Positions 1-6,694 of a stretch of 10,867 nt of DNA are shown in pieces. Position numbers and translations under genes: made by a program. The notes beneath the pieces are model-generated. The model saw only the letters and a program-made list of their open reading frames with translations, was not told the DNA's origin and ran no database searches. Source of the DNA: a virus (Duplodnaviria > Heunggongvirae > Uroviricota > Caudoviricetes); IMG/VR virus record IMGVR_UViG_2541047874_000002, positions 1-10,867 of that record; one strand, given 5' to 3'. Every line of letters starts with the position of its first letter. The stretch's first letter is position 1.

Positions 1-64
1 TTCCCCGTCGGGCTACGGTCATGGTTAATGCGGAAATACGGCGACGATGCAGCGCGGTATTTAA

Positions 65-84
65 TGTGCGACCACGGTCGCACA
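65..84. repeat. Copy 1 of dispersed near-palindrome TGTGCGACCACGGTCGCACA, about 20 nt downstream of the stop of the 103..414 minus-strand gene
   Basis: Read directly: 20-mer at 65-84; centre CCACGG on the plus strand. Same motif at 3105-3124, 7945-7963 and 10390-10407. Confidence 0.9.
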
Positions 85-102
85 CGAGAAACAAAGAGAT
101 TT

Positions 103-414
103 TTATGCTACAGAGGAACAAGCTGGCGGGTAATTCAGCGTAGTGAATACCGGCATCTCCATCTTGTATGCGTAATGATACTCAGCAGTTGCTCCAGCAG
201 ACGCTTTCCAGCCAGGAAGCATCAAAATAGCATCAGCACAACGAAGCATTGCAAAGCAAATATCCATGTATTCACGTTGTGTCAGACCATTAGGCAAAGT
301 GGCTGGATTCAAGACAGAGTGACCATGTCGTGACAAACGATCTGCCTCTTTATTAAAGGCGTCACGATTAAAGTTCTCATATCCAGTCATTGGCCCGGCA
401 ATATAAATTTTCAT
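103..414 (-). CDS. DUF4406 / nucleoside 2-deoxyribosyltransferase-like phage protein
   Basis: 103-aa ORF with N-terminal MKIYIAGPMTGY motif typical of this family (recalled, not searched); ATG at 414; follows the lysis cassette as a moron-like gene. Confidence 0.65.
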   Translation of the reverse strand: MKIYIAGPMTGYENFNRDAFNKEADRLSRHGHSVLNPATLPNGLTQREYMDICFAMLRCADAILMLPGWKASAGATAEYHYAYKMEMPVFTTLNYPPACSSVA

Positions 415-455
415 TCACTATCCAACAAATTGAGTTCGTTTTTGATACAGAGGGA

Positions 456-923
456 TTAATTCGGGCATTGCGTCTTGATGTATTCCTGAAGCGTTCTCAG
501 TGCTGTCTGGTCTCTGATGATTCCGTCCCGGATACCGAGAACGTTTCGTCCAGCAACTGGAGAGAGTTCGACGGTGGCATCATTGCCCATGCCGGAGGCG
601 CTGGAGGTTTCGGCTGAGGATGGCACAGAGCATTTTCCTTTGACGAGCACCCGACCACCATTATCAAGCTTGCGCCGAAGAGCATCATTTTCAGCTTTCG
701 CATCAGCCAACTCCTTCGTGTATTTTGCATCGAGCGCAGCAACATCACGCTGACGCTGCTGCATGTCAGCGATGGTGGCGGTCGCCTGCTTCAGCTCACT
801 GACTTTTTTATCACGCTGTTCTTTGTAGGCGATGGCGTTATCACGGTAATGATTAACAGCCCACGACAGGCAGACGATGATGCAGATAACCAGTGCGGAG
901 ATAATTGCGGTTACTCTGCTCAT
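456..923 (-). CDS. Rz: Rz i-spanin (lysis)
   Basis: Translation from the ATG at 923 ([30 protein letters not shown]...[19 protein letters not shown]) closely matches recalled phage lambda Rz; N-terminal transmembrane segment. The track ORF begins at a GTG at 935; the first ATG is preferred. Confidence 0.85.
   Translation of the reverse strand: MSRVTAIISALVICIIVCLSWAVNHYRDNAIAYKEQRDKKVSELKQATATIADMQQRQRDVAALDAKYTKELADAKAENDALRRKLDNGGRVLVKGKCSVPSSAETSSASGMGNDATVELSPVAGRNVLGIRDGIIRDQTALRTLQEYIKTQCPN
497..703 (-). CDS. Rz1: Rz1 o-spanin lipoprotein, embedded out of frame inside Rz
   Basis: Embedded ORF in an alternate frame of Rz; ATG at 703 gives [21 protein letters not shown] with a lipobox (VVGC) and proline-rich segment [11 protein letters not shown], as in lambda Rz1. 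The annotated ORF is longer than lambda Rz1, so the exact extent is uncertain. Confidence 0.7.
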   Translation of the reverse strand: MRKLKMMLFGASLIMVVGCSSKENALCHPQPKPPAPPAWAMMPPSNSLQLLDETFSVSGTESSETRQH

Positions 924-1420
924 TGCTGCCCCCACAAACAGACTTCACGCTCAATCTCACGGCGAGTCATCAGCCCTTTCCATTGCTTGCCGCCAGCATA
1001 TGTCCAGCGACGTAGTTGATCACATGCACCTTTGATATCGCCCTGGTTGATTTTGCGAAGAAGTGTCGATGTACTGAAATTGCCTGCACCCACGTTGTAA
1101 ACGAACGAGTAAAGAGCACCACGCGTTGTTTCCGGTATATCGACTTTGATGTACGGGTTAATTTGTCTGGCGACAGTAGCAAGGTCTTTATTCAGGAGAG
1201 CTTTGCATTCTGCTTCGGTATACGTTTTACCGAGCATAATGTCTTTTCCTGTATGCCCGTAACATACAGTCCATACACCAACGATGTCTTTGTAGGGGTT
1301 ATGTCTCACACCTTCCAGACCATCGTTGCCGCTCGGACCAGAGATGAGCACAGATGCTATGGCAATAGCCCCGCCACCAATAGCAGTTGCGACAGCTTTG
1401 CGTAATGATGACTGCATCAT
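920..1420 (-). CDS. Phage lysozyme-type endolysin with N-terminal signal-anchor-release (SAR) segment
   Basis: 166 aa; N-terminal hydrophobic Gly/Ala-rich stretch ([20 protein letters not shown]) followed by a lysozyme-like domain; start ATG overlaps the holin stop (ATGA); lies between holin and Rz. Confidence 0.8.
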   Translation of the reverse strand: MMQSSLRKAVATAIGGGAIAIASVLISGPSGNDGLEGVRHNPYKDIVGVWTVCYGHTGKDIMLGKTYTEAECKALLNKDLATVARQINPYIKVDIPETTRGALYSFVYNVGAGNFSTSTLLRKINQGDIKGACDQLRRWTYAGGKQWKGLMTRREIEREVCLWGQQ

Positions 1421-1689
1421 ATTTCCTTCGGTGCTCTCTTTCCCAATTCACCAATAACCATCGCCGTGGCGGAAATATTATTGGCATCAGTTTTATCCAA
1501 TATGTCCTGCAATATCTTCGTGCGCTTCATCTGCTCGCGTTTATTGAGCCGGTATGTAAGTACACCGAGGATAATGCTGAACGCGACACCGATAATGAAG
1601 CCCCAATCCTGCAATGACAGGCTGGCAAAGAACGCAGTAAGACCAGCACTACCATAAGATGCGCTGCTGTATCGTTCATCCATCTTCAT
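1417..1689 (-). CDS. Class II holin (pinholin-like) with MKM dual-start motif
   Basis: 90 aa, two predicted transmembrane segments ([32 protein letters not shown]), charged C-terminus, MKM start, GAGG Shine-Dalgarno upstream; directly upstream of the SAR endolysin. Confidence 0.75.
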   Translation of the reverse strand: MKMDERYSSASYGSAGLTAFFASLSLQDWGFIIGVAFSIILGVLTYRLNKREQMKRTKILQDILDKTDANNISATAMVIGELGKRAPKEI

Positions 1690-1784
1690 ATCTCTTACCT
1701 CGCAATAGTTGCTGAGGTTTCGGCTTGGAAACTATACGGCGAGAAATAACCCCATCAAAAACGGCAGGGGAATATATTCTTCAG

Positions 1785-2861
1785 TTACTCAAATAACTTT
1801 TTCACTTCATCAACTGTCTGAAGATAACGTTCACCCTCAATCTCAATACCGATTGCCTGACGACCTAACTTCAGCGCGGCTTTAATAGTAGAGCCTGATC
1901 CCATAAAGAAATCGGCAACGATATCTCCGGGGCGGGAACTACTTTTTATAATATGTTCCATCATCGCTGCAGGTTTTTCACATGGGTGCTTGCCAGGATA
2001 ATATTGCACAGGAGGAAACTCCCATACATCGGTATAAGGTACATCAGCAGTAACATGAAATGGGCGGCGCAAATTTTCATACTGAGCCTTCAAATCATCA
2101 TACTGCTTCTTTACTTCCTCATAACGCAATTTCAGATCGCTATAACGCTTTTCATGTTCTGAATAATCAACATTAAAAGGATATGGACACGGGACACCGA
2201 GTGAATCTGCCTTCCTGCGAAATAATTCGCATAGTTTATTAAAATCACTTAATGATGGAAGCCGCCACTGCGAATAAGAAAACCAGTGCGAACACATCTG
2301 CTTTCCTGTTGCTGAATTAATGTCTGCGGCTGATATATCTAACTGACGGCGAGCCAGCGAAAAAGCATCAATTAGTGGAGAAAAAATATTTTTTCTTAAA
2401 TCTGCACATTTTGAAGCATAACCTGACTGACCTTTAGCATAACCTGACGCGCCGTAATGCTCTGCAAATAATATTCTTTCAGTGGCAGGAAAATAAGCCC
2501 TTAAACTTTCTTTATGACAACCGCGCCACATACCACTGGGTTTAGCCCAAATGATATGGTTCAGAACATTGAAACGGTCGCGAGTTAATAATTCAATTTT
2601 TGACGCAAGGCGAGAGCCGGTAAACATATACAGGCTGCCATTAGGGGCCAATATCCGCCAAAATTCTGCCAAAAATTCATCAATCCACCCCAAAAAGTCA
2701 GCATCGCTATCCCACTGGTTATCCCATGCGTTAGCCTTTACGCCGAAGTATGGTGGGTCTGTTGCAATCAAATTGACCGAGTTATCAGGGATGGTTTTGA
2801 TAAATTGCAGAGAATCTGCGCAAACGAGTTGCGCGCCATGAATATTAGTGGTTTTGAACAT
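1785..2861 (-). CDS. Beta-class amino-DNA methyltransferase (N6-adenine or N4-cytosine), orphan
   Basis: DPPY catalytic motif near the N-terminus and FxGxG-type AdoMet motif (DFFMGSGST) near the C-terminus. Start ambiguous: ATG at 2861 (MFKTT...) or ATG at 2906; neither has a strong Shine-Dalgarno. No restriction-endonuclease partner seen. Confidence 0.8.
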   Translation of the reverse strand: MFKTTNIHGAQLVCADSLQFIKTIPDNSVNLIATDPPYFGVKANAWDNQWDSDADFLGWIDEFLAEFWRILAPNGSLYMFTGSRLASKIELLTRDRFNVLNHIIWAKPSGMWRGCHKESLRAYFPATERILFAEHYGASGYAKGQSGYASKCADLRKNIFSPLIDAFSLARRQLDISAADINSATGKQMCSHWFSYSQWRLPSLSDFNKLCELFRRKADSLGVPCPYPFNVDYSEHEKRYSDLKLRYEEVKKQYDDLKAQYENLRRPFHVTADVPYTDVWEFPPVQYYPGKHPCEKPAAMMEHIIKSSSRPGDIVADFFMGSGSTIKAALKLGRQAIGIEIEGERYLQTVDEVKKLFE

Positions 2862-2953
2862 AGCTATTATTTTTTTGCCTGGGTAAGCTAACCCGGCGAT
2901 GCGCATCGCGGGTGGGCTTTAGGTTCAGCCTATAGCTCTGGCATGGGTTGACC

Positions 2954-2979
2954 GCAGGACAAGCTGCAACTTGTCCTGC
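2954..2979 (-). promoter_or_regulatory. Stable hairpin (10-bp stems, 6-nt loop) in the methyltransferase leader
   Basis: GCAGGACAAG-CTGCAA-CTTGTCCTGC inverted repeat read directly; not followed by a T-tract on the transcribed strand, so not a simple terminator. Confidence 0.4.
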
Positions 2980-2996
2980 GCCCACTTTTCAGGCAC

Positions 2997-3018
2997 AAAA
3001 AAACCGCCATAAAGGCGG
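2997..3018 (-). terminator. Rho-independent terminator (minus strand), candidate tR'-like late terminator
   Basis: Minus strand reads CCGCC-TTTAT-GGCGG followed by TTTTTTT; sits between the small-gene operon and the methyltransferase/lysis genes. Confidence 0.5.
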
Positions 3019-3057
3019 CTTGTTGGCTGTTGGGTACAAAAAACCCAACTTAACAAA

Positions 3058-3086
3058 ACAATAACTAAAAACCGTAATTTTGCCAA
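3058..3086 (-). promoter_or_regulatory. Candidate sigma70 promoter (minus strand): -35 TTGGCA, 16-17 bp spacer, -10 TATTGT
   Basis: Read on the reverse complement; lies about 40-60 nt upstream of the terminator at 2997-3018, resembling a PR'/tR' arrangement. Pattern match only. Confidence 0.3.
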
Positions 3087-3104
3087 GCTTTTTCGTTTTT
3101 GTGC

Positions 3105-3124
3105 TGTGCGACCGTGGTCGCACA
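3105..3124. repeat. Copy 2 of dispersed near-palindrome (TGTGCGACCGTGGTCGCACA), just downstream of the 3129..3356 gene stop and about 20 bp upstream of the candidate -35
   Basis: Read directly; opposite centre orientation to copy 1 (CCGTGG on plus); followed by AGTTTTT on the plus strand. Confidence 0.9.
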
Positions 3125-3128
3125 GTTT

Positions 3129-3356
3129 TTAGAAAGTTGCCTGCTTATATTCATCGGTCAAAGAATATCGACCAGACCCGCTACGCTTTGCAACCCCAAA
3201 ACAGATCATCTGTTCGATGATAAATTCAACGGCAGCTTGACTCAAAAAACAGGCTTCGCTTAACTCTTTCAGGGAAATGCGTGGGTATCCACGCATAACA
3301 CATTCCACACTCAGGGCCGCTTCAGTCATATTTCCACGAATTTCATTAATATTCAT
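3129..3356 (-). CDS. Hypothetical small protein (75 aa), possible winged-helix fold
   Basis: ORF with GAGAGG Shine-Dalgarno 4 nt upstream of ATG 3356; second gene of a two-gene operon; no family confidently recognised. Confidence 0.5.
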   Translation of the reverse strand: MNINEIRGNMTEAALSVECVMRGYPRISLKELSEACFLSQAAVEFIIEQMICFGVAKRSGSGRYSLTDEYKQATF

Positions 3357-3369
3357 AACGCCTCTCTAA

Positions 3370-3591
3370 TCAATCTTGAAACTGGAAATCAACATCAGCC
3401 ATAAAGCGGTTCAACTCAGCCAGTTTTGGCCCCATAGTCCCAACTAAGCGACCAGCCAGTCGGTCTGCCAGGTTGGTACTGTTGAAACCATATTCCTTTT
3501 CGAAACGTTCAACCTTCTGCCACAACTCATACAGTTCGTTAGCTATCTCCGCAACGTCGTCGCGCATTTTTTCGTTACCTTGATAATTCAT
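3370..3591 (-). CDS. Hypothetical small acidic protein (about 73 aa)
   Basis: Internal ATG at 3591 has a perfect GGAGG Shine-Dalgarno 5-6 nt upstream; the track ORF extends to 3609. No family recognised. Confidence 0.5.
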   Translation of the reverse strand: MNYQGNEKMRDDVAEIANELYELWQKVERFEKEYGFNSTNLADRLAGRLVGTMGPKLAELNRFMADVDFQFQD

Positions 3592-3680
3592 AATATCCTC
3601 CAAATTCATATAGTTAGTGGGTTATTGCCCCTCAATGACACGAACTGTAACTCTGCCAAACGAACACATCCAGTGTTATT

Positions 3681-3698
3681 TTTCACTTTTTAGTGAAA
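3681..3698. promoter_or_regulatory. 18-bp perfect inverted repeat TTTCACT-TTTT-AGTGAAA upstream of higB-like gene (candidate operator)
   Basis: Read directly; lies in the divergent promoter region between the 3591 operon and the toxin-antitoxin operon. Confidence 0.4.
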
Positions 3699-3756
3699 TT
3701 TTTAATTTGCGCTTTTTTCTTGTTTTGGTGTATTTTATGGCTATGGAGGCTATAAT

Positions 3757-4068
3757 ATGTTTAACGTGATAACCCACCCTGCAGCACTGGATGAACTGCT
3801 TGAACTACCAGATGATTTGCGAGGTCGCATGACCAGATTAATTGAGCGACTGGAGAAGGAAGGCAACAAACTGAAGATGCCCCATAGCCGTGTAATAGGT
3901 GGAGGGCTTTTTGAACTACGAGTAGGGGATAAAAACATCGCAAGAACGCTGTACGCCTACGCGACTGGTAACGAAATTTATCTATTGCATGCATTTGTAA
4001 AAAAGACACAGAAAACACCGGTGAAGGCTATCGAAATCGCCAGAACTCGCCTGAAGGAGATGAACTGA
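3757..4068 (+). CDS. higB: Type II toxin, RelE/ParE superfamily, HigB / Gp49-like
   Basis: 103 aa; C-terminal LYAYATGNEIYLLHAFVKKTQKTP motif characteristic of HigB/Gp49-like toxins (recalled); GGAGG Shine-Dalgarno; toxin-first order; stop overlaps the antitoxin start (TGATG). Confidence 0.8.
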   Translation: MFNVITHPAALDELLELPDDLRGRMTRLIERLEKEGNKLKMPHSRVIGGGLFELRVGDKNIARTLYAYATGNEIYLLHAFVKKTQKTPVKAIEIARTRLKEMN

Positions 4069-4355
4069 TGAAAGCAAAAGGCATCCCGTTTAACGAAGTA
4101 AAGGAAAAACTACTCAACACTCCAGAAGCTATCAAAGGATATGAAGAGGCCGATAAAGAACTGGAGATGGTCGAAATGTTATACGAAATGAGGGAAAGAG
4201 CAGGTTTAACGAAGTCAGCTCTGGCAGAACGAATGGGATTGCGCCCGTCCGCCATCAGCCGCCTGGAAAGCAATCCTTTAGGGGCAAGTATGAAAACTTT
4301 ATCAAAATATGCCCAGGCATGTGGCGCAACAATTAATATTAATGCCGTCTATTGA
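4068..4355 (+). CDS. higA: Type II antitoxin, HTH XRE-family (HigA-like)
   Basis: 95 aa with helix-turn-helix segment (LTKSALAERMGLRPSAISRLE); translationally coupled to the upstream toxin. Confidence 0.8.
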   Translation: MKAKGIPFNEVKEKLLNTPEAIKGYEEADKELEMVEMLYEMRERAGLTKSALAERMGLRPSAISRLESNPLGASMKTLSKYAQACGATININAVY

Positions 4356-4372
4356 TTAATCACTTTTCACTA

Positions 4373-4392
4373 CCCCGTCCAGAAGGGCGGGG
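4373..4392 (+). terminator. Hairpin between convergent genes (putative higBA terminator)
   Basis: CCCCGTCC-AGAA-GGGCGGGG, 8-bp stem with one G-U pair, 18 nt after the higA stop; weak U-tract, so termination efficiency is uncertain. Confidence 0.35.
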
Positions 4393-4398
4393 TGTGTA

Positions 4399-4617
4399 TC
4401 AATGATGTAAACACTCAACAGCAATCGCTTGTTGGCAATTCTGAGCAATCTCCCGCGACATACTAACAAGCCGTGAAATCTCGCCAAGATGCAAGCTAGC
4501 TTCGGGAGAAGCCAGAGCAACGTTAACCAGATCCAAAACGGCGTCGATGTCTTTTAGGTTTGATTCGAGTTCTTCAAGAGTTGATACAGATGCTTCAGTC
4601 ATTGAATCTAATACCAT
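4399..4617 (-). CDS. Small acidic helical protein (72 aa), putatively LexA/SOS-regulated; candidate antirepressor
   Basis: ORF begins 25 nt downstream of a near-consensus LexA box; no strong Shine-Dalgarno (alternative ATG at 4602); function inferred from context only. Confidence 0.5.
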   Translation of the reverse strand: MVLDSMTEASVSTLEELESNLKDIDAVLDLVNVALASPEASLHLGEISRLVSMSREIAQNCQQAIAVECLHH

Positions 4618-4639
4618 TTAATTAAAAAAGGTTATTTGA

Positions 4640-4659
4640 TACTGTATAAAATTACAGGG
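4640..4659. promoter_or_regulatory. LexA (SOS) box TACTGTATAAAATTACAGGG
   Basis: Matches the E. coli LexA consensus TACTGT-(AT)4-ACAGTA at 16 of 20 positions with the CTGT-N8-ACAG core intact; sits immediately upstream of the 4399..4617 gene in an AT-rich intergenic region. Confidence 0.6.
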
Positions 4660-4859
4660 TAAAACTCAAATTTTATAGCCAACTTTCAATGGATTAACTG
4701 GGTTAATAGTTTTGTAGTCAGATATTTATGTTCTCTTCCTACGCCTCACTCAACCACCTACAGAAGCCCATCATCACCATAAGAAAAGCTCTTTTCGCTT
4801 CGTTTGCGTATCATTTCAAAAAGCAATGCCTTTTTATCCATTTATCCCTCCGTGACCAG

Positions 4860-5186
4860 TCACGCTTTGAGCGCAAGTTTCAGCCTCGTGGTTGTAAGGT
4901 GGCATGAGCCTTCACCATCAAAAATGCATTCTGAAACAGGCATTTTTTGACCACATCGCGGACAAGCAGCAGATAGCTGCTTCTGCAACTCCTTATAGTT
5001 TTTCCTGATCAGAAGGCCGATAACTTCATTCTCTGAATATGGGACTCGCCCCGGTCTACGCAATACACAAATTTCCCCCAACATACGTAACTCGTCAGGT
5101 TCCAGAATCCAGTCCCGTCTTGATGTGCCTTCCTTCTTCAACCGTTCCCTGCGTCTCCTTTGCCGTTCTGCCGGTGTCAGCGCCAT
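4860..5186 (-). CDS. Hypothetical basic protein (108 aa) with C-terminal Cys4 zinc-ribbon-like motif
   Basis: AGGAGG Shine-Dalgarno 4 nt upstream of ATG 5186; Arg-rich N-terminus (ERQRRRRERLKKEG); C-terminal CPRCG...C...C. Possible regulator; family not recognised. Confidence 0.55.
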   Translation of the reverse strand: MALTPAERQRRRRERLKKEGTSRRDWILEPDELRMLGEICVLRRPGRVPYSENEVIGLLIRKNYKELQKQLSAACPRCGQKMPVSECIFDGEGSCHLTTTRLKLALKA

Positions 5187-5201
5187 AAATCCTCCTGAAA
5201 A

Positions 5202-5615
5202 TTACTTAACCCAATTAACTACACCGCCAGCGGCCACAACCGCCCTTTCACAGTCACGCTCATATCTCAAAGGTTGAAATACACCATCAATAAAATATTT
5301 ATCTCCACCAAACGCTGCAGGAAGTGAAACAGAAAACTGAATAGGATTATCATCCGGCACCACCGGCAGTGGCTGGGCTACATATAGTGACTGAACATAC
5401 CAGCCCTTTGATAACCAACTGTCAGCAATGTTTTTACTCCGGGTTATTGCCGGAATACCTAAGCCATTGTCTAAATGCAGCCATGCCACCGGTTCTGCTT
5501 CCAGCGAGGCTAACGCTATTTCATAAGCCCGGCGCTCAATATTGTCTCTCACGTCCAGGCTGCCTATGCGCTCTTTGATTTCTTTAATCAGTTCTTTGTC
5601 GGTAAAAGTGCTCAT
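5202..5615 (-). CDS. Hypothetical phage protein, paralog A (shares ALASLEAEPVAW and AQP-P motifs with 5617..6066)
   Basis: 137 aa; AAGGAG Shine-Dalgarno; start 2 nt after the stop of paralog B. Confidence 0.6.
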   Translation of the reverse strand: MSTFTDKELIKEIKERIGSLDVRDNIERRAYEIALASLEAEPVAWLHLDNGLGIPAITRSKNIADSWLSKGWYVQSLYVAQPLPVVPDDNPIQFSVSLPAAFGGDKYFIDGVFQPLRYERDCERAVVAAGGVVNWVK

Positions 5616-5616
5616 A

Positions 5617-6066
5617 TCAATCTCCTTTGGTACCGATATTTACAGCCTGGCAAGCCTCTTTGAGCACCCAGTCAACAGCGTCTTTCCATGCTCCGGTTTC
5701 GACTGGCGGATTTTCACGCTTTACCTGTTCATAGAAACGCACTGCTTTAATCAATCCTTCTGATGTCAGTGGCACAGGCTGAGCCGTGAATAACGCCTGA
5801 ATTTCATAGTTCGGCCTGTCGTTGCAATCCTCTTTTGTCGGTACATATTTCCAGTCACCAACCCACGGCTCCCCCTGAGAGTCCGTTACGCCTTTTTTCA
5901 TGTAGCGATATCGCCACGCTACCGGCTCTGCTTCCAACGATGCCAGCGCGATACGAAACACATCAGCAAGCAGACTGTCTAAAGATTGATTATCGTGCGC
6001 CGGGTCGCTCAGGAAGCCATTGATGAATGATTTAATCTTCGAGCTTTCTCTGGTAATAGTGGTCAT
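5617..6066 (-). CDS. Hypothetical phage protein, paralog B
   Basis: Start reassigned to ATG at 6066 (MTTITRESS...) with AAGGAGAG Shine-Dalgarno; the longer track ORF (to 6228) would overlap the upstream gene. Confidence 0.55.
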   Translation of the reverse strand: MTTITRESSKIKSFINGFLSDPAHDNQSLDSLLADVFRIALASLEAEPVAWRYRYMKKGVTDSQGEPWVGDWKYVPTKEDCNDRPNYEIQALFTAQPVPLTSEGLIKAVRFYEQVKRENPPVETGAWKDAVDWVLKEACQAVNIGTKGD

Positions 6067-6067
6067 A

Positions 6068-6694
6068 TCACTCTCCTTTGCGAAGCTCTGCGGCAAAGTC
6101 AGTCGCATGCTCACCGAGTAGTTTCCAGTTATCGCGTATATCAGATGCAAGCGCCTGTTCGGATTTTGAGTTACATCTCTGTGCAAACATCTCCAATCCC
6201 TGCGCCCGGACTTCAGCCAGGAAAGCATCGGTGGCTGGAATGGGCTTTTGTGGTGATATAGCTATGCGAATTGTCTCAAGGTCTGGATCCGTTTCCGCTG
6301 TTGGCACCTTGATATAACCCATCTGCACCCCATTCATGATGAACCTGCGGCGGTCCTCACACATCACCTTCAGTCTCGCATTCTCCGCCGCCAGCGCCGA
6401 AAACTTCTCGTGTGCCAACTTAACAGCCGAATCAGCCTGCTTAATTGACTCAATCGCTCTCTGGTGGTCTTCAGTCATCGCCGCTAAATTAGCCTCCAGT
6501 TCGGCTATGCGTTCGTTTAATGCATCTCGCTCATCCAACAGAGATAGCGTAATAATCGGTGAATGGCATTGGATATACCGCGTCAGTGTGCGCATATATC
6601 CATCAGCGTTCAAATCATCTTCAAGGCCTGTCCAGTTAATTTTACTGGCGCTCTCAGCTGCTTCACGCAGTACCTGATAATTGATTTCACTCAC
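6068..6694 (-). CDS. Ea22-like family protein (coiled-coil)
   Basis: N-terminus SEINYQVLREAAE and LLDERDALNE resemble recalled lambda Ea22 (MSEINSQALREAAE..., LLDERERNQQ); GTG start at 6694 with AGGAGG Shine-Dalgarno 6 nt upstream, overlapping the upstream stop (GTGA). Confidence 0.7.
   Translation of the reverse strand: MSEINYQVLREAAESASKINWTGLEDDLNADGYMRTLTRYIQCHSPIITLSLLDERDALNERIAELEANLAAMTEDHQRAIESIKQADSAVKLAHEKFSALAAENARLKVMCEDRRRFIMNGVQMGYIKVPTAETDPDLETIRIAISPQKPIPATDAFLAEVRAQGLEMFAQRCNSKSEQALASDIRDNWKLLGEHATDFAAELRKGE

Noticed and set aside
65-84. Palindromic repeat copies as intrinsic terminators
   Set aside because: Only copy 2 is followed by a T-tract, and only on the strand opposite to local transcription; copies 3 and 4 are inside coding sequence. 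A terminator role does not explain the family.
28-333. Plus-strand ORF (101 aa) overlapping the DUF4406 gene
   Set aside because: Lies antisense to a well-supported minus-strand gene, has no ribosome-binding site or recognisable domain; likely a shadow ORF.
390-1617. Several antisense or alternate-frame ORFs in the track (390..617+, 517..753+, 970..1182-, 1016..1405+, 1299..1487-, 1387..1617+, 1466..1657+)
   Set aside because: All overlap the lysis genes on the opposite strand or in other frames without start signals; only the 497..703 frame (Rz1) has biological precedent and features.
1953-2841. Plus-strand ORFs 1953..2162 and 2551..2841 inside the methyltransferase gene
   Set aside because: Antisense to a gene with clear catalytic motifs; low-complexity translations; no start signals.
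2907-2990. Possible tRNA or other structured RNA gene in the inverted-repeat-rich region upstream of the methyltransferase
   Set aside because: No T-loop (GTTCRANYC-like) or cloverleaf arrangement can be drawn; more consistent with a leader hairpin.
4851-4864. Second dyad CGTGACCAGTCACG present twice (4851-4864 and 10636-10649)
   Set aside because: A 14-mer occurring twice in about 10.9 kb on two strands is plausible by chance (order of 0.2 expected), so it is not reported as an independent repeat family; noted only as context.
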